The notes under the pieces are model-generated. The model saw nothing but the letters and a program-made list of their open reading frames with translations. It was not told where the DNA came from and searched no databases. This document shows, one piece after another, positions 26,900 to 35,081 of a stretch of DNA of 64,000 nucleotides. Within the stretch, counting starts at the first letter, position 1. Each line of letters begins with the position of its first letter. Made by a program: the position numbers and the translations under genes. This DNA comes from a virus, in IMG/VR virus record IMGVR_UViG_3300006155_000004; one strand, 5' to 3'.

Positions 26900-28009
26900 A
26901 TGGACAAGGCTTACACAAGGATACATTGGGAAAATAGCCCAAGCACAAAAACGGCTCTTGGAGCAATGAACCTGAATCGAACGGACTATGCTATAGACGA
27001 GATTGACAACCGGGTTATGCGTCACGACAACGAAAAGGCGGACAAAACCGAAATCCTGAACCTTGTCAACGGCTGGACAATGGACGAACAGACCGGAATC
27101 ATAACGGTCACGAAAGTCAATGGGGAAAGATTGATATTCGACCTGAATATCGAGAAAATACCAGTCAACTTTGAACTGTCTCCAGAGGGAATCCTAACCA
27201 TGACAACCGCTGATGGAACACGGTTTACGGCAAATATCGGCGCGATGATTCCGATGCTTGAGTTTGAAAGCACCGATACGATTGCAGTTTCTGTAACGGG
27301 AGAGGGGGTCAACAAGACATATTCCTTTTTCGTAAAAGACGGGAGCATAACAGAGGATAAGCTGCAGCCGAACTTTCTTGCGGATGTTACTGTACAGGCG
27401 GAAAACGCGTCCGCAGCAGCAACGGCGGCGGCAGATTCGGCAAGGGCAGCAAAAGATTCTGAAACCAATGCGGCACGGTCGGCGGCAGATGCAGCAGCGT
27501 CTGCACTGGCGGCACAGGAGTCAAAGGTTGCGGCGGCAGAATCAGAAGCAGCAGCAAAGCGTTCCGAAGAAGCATCGGAAGTTTCACAACAGGCGGCAGC
27601 GGCGTCGGAAGTGGCGGCAAAGGAATCGGAAGAAGCCGCAAAACTGTCCGAAACCAATGCAGCAGAGTCCGAAACCAATGCGGCGGCATCCGAACGAACG
27701 GCACTGGAAAAAGCGGAAGAAGCGTCGGACAGCGCAGACCTGTCAAAGTCCTATGCGGTCGGAGGAACTGGAACGAGACCCGGGGAAGACACAGATAACT
27801 CGGAGTATTACAGCAATCAATCGAAAGAGTATTTAAATAAGGTAGAAACTGCTGGCGAAAACGCCCTTGAAACGATTAAAAACGCTTTAAAAGCAGCAAA
27901 ACCGGAATTTGTGACAAACGTACAGAACGGCCACCTTTATTACAAGGGCGGGCGTTTTTTCTTTCTGGTTGATGAAAACGGGCATTTGAGATGGAGGGTG
28001 ATGATTTGA
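26900..28009 (+). CDS. tail fibre/baseplate upper-type protein with alanine-rich heptad shaft
   Basis: N-terminus IHWENSPSTKTALGAMNLNRTDYAIDEIDNR; 110-aa A/E/S repeat (AAESEAAAKRSEEASEVSQQAAAASE...). Confidence 0.6.
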   Translation: MDKAYTRIHWENSPSTKTALGAMNLNRTDYAIDEIDNRVMRHDNEKADKTEILNLVNGWTMDEQTGIITVTKVNGERLIFDLNIEKIPVNFELSPEGILTMTTADGTRFTANIGAMIPMLEFESTDTIAVSVTGEGVNKTYSFFVKDGSITEDKLQPNFLADVTVQAENASAAATAAADSARAAKDSETNAARSAADAAASALAAQESKVAAAESEAAAKRSEEASEVSQQAAAASEVAAKESEEAAKLSETNAAESETNAAASERTALEKAEEASDSADLSKSYAVGGTGTRPGEDTDNSEYYSNQSKEYLNKVETAGENALETIKNALKAAKPEFVTNVQNGHLYYKGGRFFFLVDENGHLRWRVMI

Positions 28010-29541
28010 ACGAGGAAAAAATGGATGAGCTGCTTCGTCTGATGCGGGCCATTGTTCCTGACACGTCCGATATGAGTGACGCCGGAAAAGTTGGGTTTGT
28101 ATATAAATTTGATTATGACCCGGCAGCGCCTTATGAAAAGCTTGATGTAGTTAAATACGGAATGTCCTTATGGACGCCAAAAACGGACACGATCGGGAAC
28201 CCGCCGCCCGATCAGTCACAATACGGTCAAGAAGATGCGCAAGAGAATGATTTTTGGGTTTTGTTCCTACCTGGCGCCCTTGGAAGCGAATATGTTAAAA
28301 AGACCGATATATCCGCCCCTCCTACCGAAACCGAATCAGGAAAGCCCGGGGTAAATTATCCGGACGGCAAGACAATTACAATTGACGAAAACGGGATGCT
28401 TACGGGGGCGCCTACAGGCAGGTCGCTTACAAAAGAAGAAATGAACACACAGCTTTCAGATGGAACGTTGGAAGACGGGAGCGCAGTGTACCTTTCCGGT
28501 AATGAGCAGGACGGCGACCGCGGGAATATGGTGGGGCTTATCATAGACGGGCAGTTTGTCCCGTATGGTATGGTAGGACTGCGCGACGGGGTTCCGGTAT
28601 ACCTGTTCAACACCTATGAGGAATACGAAGCGGCAAAGCCTAACCTGGTAGACCCATGCGTGTTCATTACGCTTGACGACCTTGATACGGGCGGCTGGAC
28701 GTTTGATGATGCGCTTGATCCGGAGTCTGAGAATGCGGTGCAGAACAAGGCTTTGTATGCTTATATAAGTGGGATCATGACAATGGAAGATCCTATATCA
28801 TTTAATGGAGGCGCCGGATATCACAATTCGATTTTTCGAGGAAAATATCTTGGTGATACACTGACGCAAGAGCAGGTAGCAGAAATTGAAGCTGGAACAT
28901 TCAAGGATATGTTTGTTGGTGACTACTGGACAATCGGTGGGGTGAATTACCGCATTGCCCATCTTGATTACTGGCTGCGGTGCGGGGATGCAGAATGCAC
29001 GAAGCACCATGCCGTCATAGTTCCTGACACCTGCCTGTATAATGCACAGATGCATAACACTGCATCCGGGCAGTATGAGGGCGGAGCAGCCAACACAACA
29101 GAGGGCGGCTATATCGGTTCTGATATGTATAAAACGGGGCTTAACCAGGCAAAAACTATAATCAATAACGCTTTCGGCTCGGCGCATATATTGTCACACA
29201 GGGAACTGTTGGTAAATGCCGTCACAAATGGCAGGCCGAGCAACAATGTATGGTATGACAGCACCGTGGAATTAATGAATGAGCCTATGGTATACGGCAG
29301 CTATATTTTTACTCCGGCGCATGATGGCACGGTGATTTCATACCGTTACACCATTGACAAGTCACAGTTGGCGTTATTCGCATTGCGCCCGGATTTAATC
29401 TGTAACCGTGTGGGCTGGTGGTTGCGTGACGTTGTTTCGGGCGCTCATTTTGCCAATGTGTACTGGCACGGCCATGCGGACTGCTACTACGCTTCCAACG
29501 CTTTTGGCGTGCGCCCGGCTTTCGGGGTTTGCGGATCTTGA
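27991..29541 (+). CDS. tail fibre / receptor-binding protein
   Basis: 516 aa; SENAVQNKALY collar motif; C-terminus WWLRDVVSGAHF...AFGVRPAFGV (DUF6273-like, memory); start may be ATG 28021. Confidence 0.55.
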   Translation: MEGDDLNEEKMDELLRLMRAIVPDTSDMSDAGKVGFVYKFDYDPAAPYEKLDVVKYGMSLWTPKTDTIGNPPPDQSQYGQEDAQENDFWVLFLPGALGSEYVKKTDISAPPTETESGKPGVNYPDGKTITIDENGMLTGAPTGRSLTKEEMNTQLSDGTLEDGSAVYLSGNEQDGDRGNMVGLIIDGQFVPYGMVGLRDGVPVYLFNTYEEYEAAKPNLVDPCVFITLDDLDTGGWTFDDALDPESENAVQNKALYAYISGIMTMEDPISFNGGAGYHNSIFRGKYLGDTLTQEQVAEIEAGTFKDMFVGDYWTIGGVNYRIAHLDYWLRCGDAECTKHHAVIVPDTCLYNAQMHNTASGQYEGGAANTTEGGYIGSDMYKTGLNQAKTIINNAFGSAHILSHRELLVNAVTNGRPSNNVWYDSTVELMNEPMVYGSYIFTPAHDGTVISYRYTIDKSQLALFALRPDLICNRVGWWLRDVVSGAHFANVYWHGHADCYYASNAFGVRPAFGVCGS

Positions 29542-29630
29542 AAATATGAAGCATTTGGATATTTACTATAAATATTAAAATAAATTTTTTCGATATAGTC
29601 AAGTATCGCTTGATATAGGATAGGAGGCAT

Positions 29631-30137
29631 ATGAGCATTTCAATACTAGAAAATGGCACACGGCACAAAATCCAAACTTGGTCTTTGCCGGACGAAAAAA
29701 TAGATAAAAACAGCAAAAATGCTGTTTCGAATAATGCAGTAGCGAAAGCGCTAGAACAGATGAAAGACGGAGTCGCGGAACAGGCCGAGTCTTTGGATGC
29801 TAAAATTCGGGCCAATTCACATAATGTGTCTGAGATTAGCAAGCTTATACAAAAGTTTACGCGATATGATGGCAGGACGGATATGTATGTAGGCGACCTG
29901 GATGATTTAAGGGAAAACAGCATCTACAACTGCAATGAAAGCACGCTGCATGCACCAAAAAAGTTCACAAACTGGTTTTTTGTTGTTACTTTTGTCCACA
30001 CACCAAATAATGATTATGTTGCTCAGGTTGCGATACACATGAATGGCCCGGGCGGAAGCACGCCAATCGCAATCCGGAACTGTGGCAGCGGAGTTTGGGG
30101 AAGATGGCGTTATATAGCAGTGCAAGAGGAGGAGTAA
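29631..30137 (+). CDS. fibre-tip protein, tract-less paralogue (cassette 0), knob-like C-domain
   Basis: MSISILENGTRHKI leader-like N-terminus; NSKNAVSNNAVAKAL motif; C-domain GDLDDLRENSIYNC...VWGRWRYI parallels cassette 2 (DLNDYLSPGNYYC...WTAWKKI). Confidence 0.6.
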   Translation: MSISILENGTRHKIQTWSLPDEKIDKNSKNAVSNNAVAKALEQMKDGVAEQAESLDAKIRANSHNVSEISKLIQKFTRYDGRTDMYVGDLDDLRENSIYNCNESTLHAPKKFTNWFFVVTFVHTPNNDYVAQVAIHMNGPGGSTPIAIRNCGSGVWGRWRYIAVQEEE

Positions 30138-30139
30138 CA

Positions 30140-30650
30140 ATGGGAATATACATGCAAAATAACAATGTAGTTCATCGGCTGGACGGAAATGGCGGGGGGG
30201 GGCATTCTTGAAAGAATAGAAAAAATTGAAGAAAAAATAAAGCAAATGAATTTTGAAATGTCCGAAAAACTTCCTATTAATATGGTAACAAATAGAACAG
30301 ATATAACGGAAGCTGGGTATGCAGCAGACGCACGGCAGTTGAATCCGGCGCTGCCAGAAACACTTTCCGCAAAATTGCAAGATATTTTAAAATACCCACG
30401 GATCCGGAAGATTGTCGAAATTGCAGCCGCTTCCGGAAAGCCATTAGATTCAGGAAGTTATATATCAGTAAATGTAGATTTAACGCCATATGGATTTCTA
30501 AAGAAGCCATATGCGTTCTTAAAGCATACAACGTGGCTTGCGGTTCATTCCATCATCGTAACAAATGTGAATGCACATGTTACGCTTACAAATCCATACA
30601 ATGATGCACATGACGATTCGGCATCGTTTATATTGATAGAATTTTTATGA
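30140..30650 (+). CDS. fibre-tip cassette 1, start and body in different frames across G9 (in frame at G8/G11)
   Basis: SD GAGGAGGAG, ATG 30140 MGIYMQNNNVVHRLDGNGGGG then stop 30209; body frame ...GGGILERIEKIEEK...DITEAGYAADARQLN... to 30650. Confidence 0.7.
30194..30202 (+). repeat. G9 homopolymer, cassette 1
   Basis: ggcGGGGGGGGGcat. Confidence 0.9.
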
Positions 30651-30662
30651 AAGGGGATAACA

Positions 30663-31209
30663 ATGGGGTTATACATACACCAAAACAACACCGCAACCCC
30701 GATCGGGGGGGGGCGTAAGCAAAATAATATTAGACCGAATAACGGCATTAGAATCAGGCCTTGAAACGGTAAACCATGCATTGTCTTTAAAACTTGACTT
30801 GGACAAGGTAACACAAAGCGATTCCATAACAGAACGTGGCTATGCGGTTGATGCAAGAGAATTAAACGCTTCGCTTAGCGGAACGGTTGCGAATAAAACG
30901 GAAAGAATTAATGAATCTCTTTCCGGATGCAGCAGGCTTTTTGGGGGCCAGATGATAAACAGAGGATCGGATTTAAATGATTATTTAAGTCCTGGAAATT
31001 ATTATTGCAGTTCGAATGCGATCGCAGGAACGTTGAAAAACTCTCCTATAGTCGATGCATTTACAATGAAAGTGGAATTTGCTACAGGTGTGGCATATCC
31101 ATGTCAAACCTTGCGGGATTTTATTATCGGAACATTGTATTACAGGGTTTTTAATCCTTTTAAAAACCAGTGGACGGCATGGAAAAAAATAGATCTGGTT
31201 CCGATTTAG
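30663..31209 (+). CDS. fibre-tip cassette 2 (knob-like C-domain), out of frame across G9 (in frame at G8/G11)
   Basis: ATG 30663 MGLYIHQNNTATPIGGG then stop 30762; +1 frame GVSKIILDRITALESGLETVNHALSLKLDLDKVTQSDSITERGYAVDARELN... to 31209. Confidence 0.7.
30705..30713 (+). repeat. G9 homopolymer, cassette 2
   Basis: atcGGGGGGGGGcgt. Confidence 0.9.
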
Positions 31210-31227
31210 AACAGAAAGAGAGGAAAA

Positions 31228-31790
31228 ATGGGATTATATGTAAAAAATAACGGATCAGAAAAGAAAATCGGGGGGGGGCAGGACAGGCCGTACTAAACCG
31301 CATTGCGGCGCTGGAATCGGGGCTTGAAAGCGTAAGGCGGTCCCTGGCAGGCAAGCTGGATTTAAATAATGTGACACAGGGAACATCTATAACGGAGGCC
31401 GGATGGGCCGCGGATGCGCGGCAGATGAACTCTGCTTATCCAGGCAGCATCGCAGAAAAGGTGGAAGGGAATGCCGGCAGGATATCGGCACTTTCATTCC
31501 GGTTTGCATTAAAGGCTGAAGTGGCAGGGAATGGGGAGACAACGGATATAACACTGCCGTCATACGGCGTGTATATCCTGATTTCGCATCATGGCGGCGT
31601 ATGGACGACACTGGAGGGGATGGCATATATTTCCTGCAGCCCGTACCAGGATGCATATGTGGCTGAAAAAATATTTGGGCGTTATGACTTTGACGCTATG
31701 GAAATGTCTATAGACACAGGGACAAGGGTTTTATCGGTTAAAAACCATTGCGCATCCGGATCCAATATTTATTTATATCAAATACTATAG
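31228..31790 (+). CDS. fibre-tip cassette 3, out of frame across G9 (in frame at G10/G7)
   Basis: ATG 31228 MGLYVKNNGSEKKIGGG then stop 31294; -1 frame GGAGQAVLNRIAALESGLESVRRSLAGKLDLNNVTQGTSITEAGWAADARQMN... to 31790. Confidence 0.7.
31270..31278 (+). repeat. G9 homopolymer, cassette 3
   Basis: atcGGGGGGGGGcag. Confidence 0.9.
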
Positions 31791-31808
31791 ACGGAAAGGG
31801 GCGGCAAT

Positions 31809-31966
31809 ATGAATTTGTATATACAAAAAAACGGAAAGGCGGGCGAAATTGGGGGGGGGTAATAAAAACCCTTATAGACCGTATGGCGGCACTTGAGTCA
31901 GGTCTTGCAGGCCTTAAAACGGAACTGCAGGGCAGGCTGCTGGTTGTTGTATATAATTTTGTTTAG
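31809..31966 (+). pseudogene. fibre-tip cassette 4, truncated remnant that still carries leader and G9
   Basis: ATG 31809 MNLYIQKNGKAGEIGGG then TAA 31860; -1 frame GGVIKTLIDRMAALESGLAGLKTELQGRL then ends 31966, no C-domain. Confidence 0.6.
31851..31859 (+). repeat. G9 homopolymer, cassette 4
   Basis: attGGGGGGGGGtaa. Confidence 0.9.
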
Positions 31967-31982
31967 AAAGGAAAATAGGAAC

Positions 31983-32369
31983 ATGAAAGAATTTGTAACA
32001 GCTAACGAAAAGATTTATGAATGCAGCAATGTAACAACTGGCATAGATTCCATTACCATGACGATGGAAAACCAGAATGCAAACGACATGATCGCGGAGT
32101 TTGATGGAGTAACCGAACTTACCGTATCATTCGAAAAAAAGAAAGAAGAATGGGAAGAGGATCTGGGACTGGTTTTAGAAGACCCGCACGGGATATATAA
32201 AAACTTAAAATTGGAATCAGTAACCACGAACGTGAACGACGGATCGGTAAGCGTGACAATGCATATAAAAAGCGATATCGAAATGCGGCTGGACGCTTTG
32301 GAAACGGGGCAGGAATTGCAGGACGGCGCCATTATGGAACTGGCACAGAATGTGGGAGGTGGGTTATAA
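31983..32369 (+). CDS. XkdW-like tail-module protein (by position)
   Basis: 128 aa from ATG 31983; precedes XkdX-like mini gene and endolysin. Confidence 0.4.
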   Translation: MKEFVTANEKIYECSNVTTGIDSITMTMENQNANDMIAEFDGVTELTVSFEKKKEEWEEDLGLVLEDPHGIYKNLKLESVTTNVNDGSVSVTMHIKSDIEMRLDALETGQELQDGAIMELAQNVGGGL

Positions 32370-32503
32370 TGGTTAAATTTTTGATCAACCAGATCAAGGT
32401 CGGAAACATAAGCTTATTGGACGTGCCACCAATGTGGCGCGCTTCGGTTGAAGCTAAAATGGGTGAGGATTCTGAACGCAGAAAGGGAAACGAATGGGAA
32501 TAA
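32369..32503 (+). CDS. XkdX-like small protein (44 aa)
   Basis: TAATG overlap; MVKFLINQIKVGNISLLDVPPMWRASVEAKM pattern common before lysis genes in Firmicute phages (memory). Confidence 0.45.
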   Translation: MVKFLINQIKVGNISLLDVPPMWRASVEAKMGEDSERRKGNEWE

Positions 32504-33285
32504 AGAGAAAGACAGCGCTTGCGCACAGGAGCAATTACGGAGATTTGCGTCCGTCTTCTGCTATTAAATACATAATCCTGCATTATACAGCAAATGACGG
32601 TGATACAGACGAGGGAAACGGATCCTATTTCAAAGGGGCAAACAGGAACGCTTCTGCCCACTATTTCGTAGATGACGACAGCATAACAAGGTCTGTTCCG
32701 GATAATTACGTTGCGTGGTCCGTAGGTGGAGAAAAGTGGCAGGACTGCGGCAGGACTGGCGGCGGAAAGTTTTATGGGCATGCAACCAATTCAAACAGTA
32801 TCAGCATAGAGATGTGCGACACAGTTCGGGACGGCATGGTCATGGCAACCGAAAAGACGATGGAGAATGCGGCTATGCTGTGCGGGGAATTGATGGAGAA
32901 ATATAACATTGACATAGACCACGTGATCCGACACTTTGACGTGAACGGGAAGCACTGCCCGGCCTATTTTATGGAAAATAAAAAATGGGAGGATTTCAAG
33001 GACAGGGTGCGCGGAAATGAATTTAAAACAGATAGGATCTATGCGACGGTTCGGGAATGCTATCTTAGAAATAGTGTGGGCACTGGCAGGAACAAGGCGA
33101 AATATAAATCGCTTTCCGCTGCCGTAAAAAAGAAATGCAGAAATCAACTAGGGTATGCGGTGTTCAAAAAAGGCAGCACGTTCCGGCTGGCGAAAACAAA
33201 GAAATCCGGAAAAGATATATGGGGGCAAATGAAGTCCGGATATTGGATTCCGATTATTTATAAAGGAAAAGCAAGAGTAAAATAA
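32494..33285 (+). CDS. endolysin: N-acetylmuramoyl-L-alanine amidase (Amidase_2/PGRP type) with SH3-like C-domain
   Basis: IILHYTANDG...ASAHYFVDD...ISIEMC...VIRHFDVNGKHCPAYF catalytic pattern; basic C-terminal wall-binding part. Confidence 0.85.
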   Translation: MGIKRKTALAHRSNYGDLRPSSAIKYIILHYTANDGDTDEGNGSYFKGANRNASAHYFVDDDSITRSVPDNYVAWSVGGEKWQDCGRTGGGKFYGHATNSNSISIEMCDTVRDGMVMATEKTMENAAMLCGELMEKYNIDIDHVIRHFDVNGKHCPAYFMENKKWEDFKDRVRGNEFKTDRIYATVRECYLRNSVGTGRNKAKYKSLSAAVKKKCRNQLGYAVFKKGSTFRLAKTKKSGKDIWGQMKSGYWIPIIYKGKARVK

Positions 33286-33290
33286 AAAGA

Positions 33291-33326
33291 ATCCGCCGTA
33301 TAAAAATATGTTTTTGTGCGGCGGAT
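33291..33326. terminator. hairpin after endolysin (T-run only on minus strand)
   Basis: ATCCGCCG-N20-CGGCGGAT; large loop, weak as + strand terminator. Confidence 0.35.
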
Positions 33327-33792
33327 AATCGTAAAAATGTATCATTCTAACTCTTCTATCTTTTTTAAAATTAATTCTTTTTCTTTTTCGCTTAATCTTT
33401 CGTTGGTTCCATAGATTGACAAAGAAACGGAATAACCACCAAACAGCATAAGCCAAAAACAAAAGAAAGAGCTGCGGGAATCAACAAGAAAATCCCTAAA
33501 TGAAACAAAAAAAGGACAGAAAAAGACGAAAGTCCAGAACGATCACGTTATGAGAAATGAGATTTTTCCGCCACAACTTCTAGCTTATTAGACTTTTCTT
33601 CCGATTCTTTACATCCTTTTCTTTTGGTTCTGCTATTTTATCGTTCATAAATAAATATGCCCCATCCAAATGTATATTGCGATCATACTAAATGGTGTTA
33701 TTAAAATACAGAATTAAATAAAAAAATATTTATTTTGCTTACCAAATACGGAAAAAGTGATAGTAGGCTATATTAAATTGGAGAAACGCAAA

Positions 33793-33954
33793 ATGAAATC
33801 TGTTGTTTTTGAAAAGAAACTAAAAGATCTAAGGGAAAACGCAGGATTAACGCAAAGACAATTGGCTGTTCGAATTGAAGTTTCAAAGTCTACGGTGGCT
33901 TTGTATGAAATACAGGAAAGAGGGCTTTCATCAGATTCTTTGATTGGCCGATGA
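33793..33954 (+). pseudogene. XRE-family HTH gene, apparently truncated/frameshifted
   Basis: LKDLRENAGLTQRQLAVRIEVSKSTVALYEIQERG then early stop; plausible continuation DDGIDIIERLIETMRDKNRKIKGI in +1 frame to 34023. Confidence 0.5.
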
Positions 33955-34082
33955 TGGCATAGATATTATAGAACGTCTTATAGAAACAATGAGAGACAAA
34001 AACAGAAAGATAAAAGGAATTTGAACGACAACAAGAAATTGTCGGTTTTTGTCGTTAATTAATTATTATTTCACAAAAACTA

Positions 34083-34111
34083 TTGCAAAAAACGAATATA
34101 TGTTCTATAAT
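34083..34111 (+). promoter_or_regulatory. consensus-like sigma-A promoter (TTGCAA-17-TATAAT)
   Basis: -35 34083-34088, -10 34106-34111. Confidence 0.65.
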
Positions 34112-34159
34112 ATTATCTGTCTTACATAGTACAAATACAAAATATGTTCGAGGTGTGTC

Positions 34160-34330
34160 ATGGATAAAACGCAAAATAAAGAAAAAGAGGTCGAGTTTTT
34201 TGTTTCTCCAGAAGAATACAAAAGAGAAGCGATTAAAATAATCAAAAAAATAAAAAGTCCCGAAATATTAAAATTGATATACTATTTTTCCAAAAGTGGC
34301 TATAAAGAGGAAAATGCGGGGAGAAGATAG
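34160..34330 (+). CDS. hypothetical small protein (56 aa)
   Basis: ATG behind GAGGTG; TAG 34328-34330. Confidence 0.4.
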   Translation: MDKTQNKEKEVEFFVSPEEYKREAIKIIKKIKSPEILKLIYYFSKSGYKEENAGRR

Positions 34331-34343
34331 CTCCCCGAAATCC

Positions 34344-34721
34344 CTACAATATGAACTTTTCAAAGAAATCACAAATCAATTCTTTTTCGTCGGCCGGGAG
34401 CTTGCTATATTCAACAACTATTTTAGCAAATCTCTTATCTGCCAATGCGATTTTCAGTACATTGTCCATAAATTCTGCATCTGCACCAGAACCATTCTTT
34501 TCATCAGTTAAATCAGACTTTCCTATACGAAAATAATCAGCCAATTTTTGAATTTTTCCAAGGCTCGGAAACGACTTTCCGCTGCACCACATATTTAATG
34601 TAGGCGGATTTTCTCCGATAGCCTCAGCCACTTCTTTTTGTGTCTTCTGATTTAATGATATATATCTGTTTAAATTCTTAGCAAACACTTTCTTTTGTTC
34701 GTCATTTTCTATTTTAAACAC
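34344..34721 (-). CDS. cI-like XRE-family repressor without peptidase domain
   Basis: 125 aa; HTH KNLNRYISLNQKTQKEVAEAIGENPPTLNMWCSGKSFPSLGKIQKLADYF; divergent from cro-like gene; no S24 domain. Confidence 0.8.
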   Translation of the reverse strand: MFKIENDEQKKVFAKNLNRYISLNQKTQKEVAEAIGENPPTLNMWCSGKSFPSLGKIQKLADYFRIGKSDLTDEKNGSGADAEFMDNVLKIALADKRFAKIVVEYSKLPADEKELICDFFEKFIL

Positions 34722-34738
34722 CCCCTTTTTCGATTTTT

Positions 34739-34767
34739 ATTATATAGCATAATTCAAAAAAATTCAA
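34739..34767 (-). promoter_or_regulatory. repressor promoter (TTGAAT-17-TATAAT on minus strand)
   Basis: -10 = complement of 34739-34744, -35 = complement of 34762-34767. Confidence 0.6.
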
Positions 34768-34771
34768 TATG

Positions 34772-34792
34772 AAATTCAATATTTTTGAATTT
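34772..34792. promoter_or_regulatory. operator O1, 7-7-7 palindrome AAATTCA-N7-TGAATTT
   Basis: aaattcaatatttttgaattt between the divergent promoters. Confidence 0.7.
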
Positions 34793-34796
34793 TCTA

Positions 34797-34825
34797 TTGA
34801 CAATCAGAAAAAATTCAATTAAAAT
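34797..34825 (+). promoter_or_regulatory. early rightward promoter (TTGACA-17-TAAAAT)
   Basis: -35 34797-34802, -10 34820-34825. Confidence 0.65.
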
Positions 34826-34831
34826 GAATTT
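34811..34831. promoter_or_regulatory. operator O2, AAATTCA-N7-TGAATTT
   Basis: aaattcaattaaaatgaattt overlapping spacer and -10 of rightward promoter. Confidence 0.7.
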
Positions 34832-34856
34832 AGAAATTAGGAAAGGGGTGGTGTAA

Positions 34857-35072
34857 ATGCCGAGAATTTCTTTAAAAGCCGCGAGGGTGAATGCTAACAT
34901 GGAGCAGAGGGAATGGGCAGAAAACATAGGAGTATCAGTGGCTACGGTGATTAATTGGGAGAAGGGAAATACAGAACCAACCTTGTCTCAGTTAAGGAAA
35001 ATAAGTGAGTTGTCCGGGATTCCTATGGACTTTATTTTTGTGCCTGAAAAGTTCAATTTAATTGAATTTTAG
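34857..35072 (+). CDS. Cro-like XRE HTH protein, possible antitoxin for the adjacent MazF
   Basis: 71 aa; MEQREWAENIGVSVATVINWEKGNTEPTLSQLRKISELSGIPMDFIF; first gene of rightward operon; 9 nt before toxin gene. Confidence 0.75.
   Translation: MPRISLKAARVNANMEQREWAENIGVSVATVINWEKGNTEPTLSQLRKISELSGIPMDFIFVPEKFNLIEF
35049..35069. promoter_or_regulatory. operator-like site O3 (AAGTTCA-N7-TGAATTT) inside the 3' end of the cro-like gene
   Basis: aagttcaatttaattgaattt, one mismatch to O1/O2 half-sites; ends 13 nt before mazF ATG. Confidence 0.55.
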
Positions 35073-35081
35073 GGAGGGAAA

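Noticed and set aside
27022-27836. ORFs overlapping the alanine-rich fibre shaft in other frames (27022-27678 minus, 27378-27836 plus, 27387-27746 minus)
   Set aside because: These are frame shadows of the GCN-rich repeat. The in-frame + strand product is continuous with clear N- and C-terminal fibre domains.
29631-31966. CRISPR array, shufflon or invertase-type switch as the explanation for the repeated cassette structure
   Set aside because: The repeats are coding paralogues of about 500 bp, not 25-40 bp direct repeats with spacers. No inverted crossover sites and no recombinase gene are nearby.
24134-32000. Diversity-generating retroelement targeting the fibre genes
   Set aside because: No reverse transcriptase is present anywhere in the window, and there is no template/variable repeat pair with adenine-specific differences.
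33148-33462. 104-aa minus-strand ORF after the endolysin (considered as a possible holin or membrane protein)
   Set aside because: It runs through the 3' end of the endolysin gene and through the hairpin at 33291-33326. It has no SD, and its composition looks like an AT-rich spacer read in frame.
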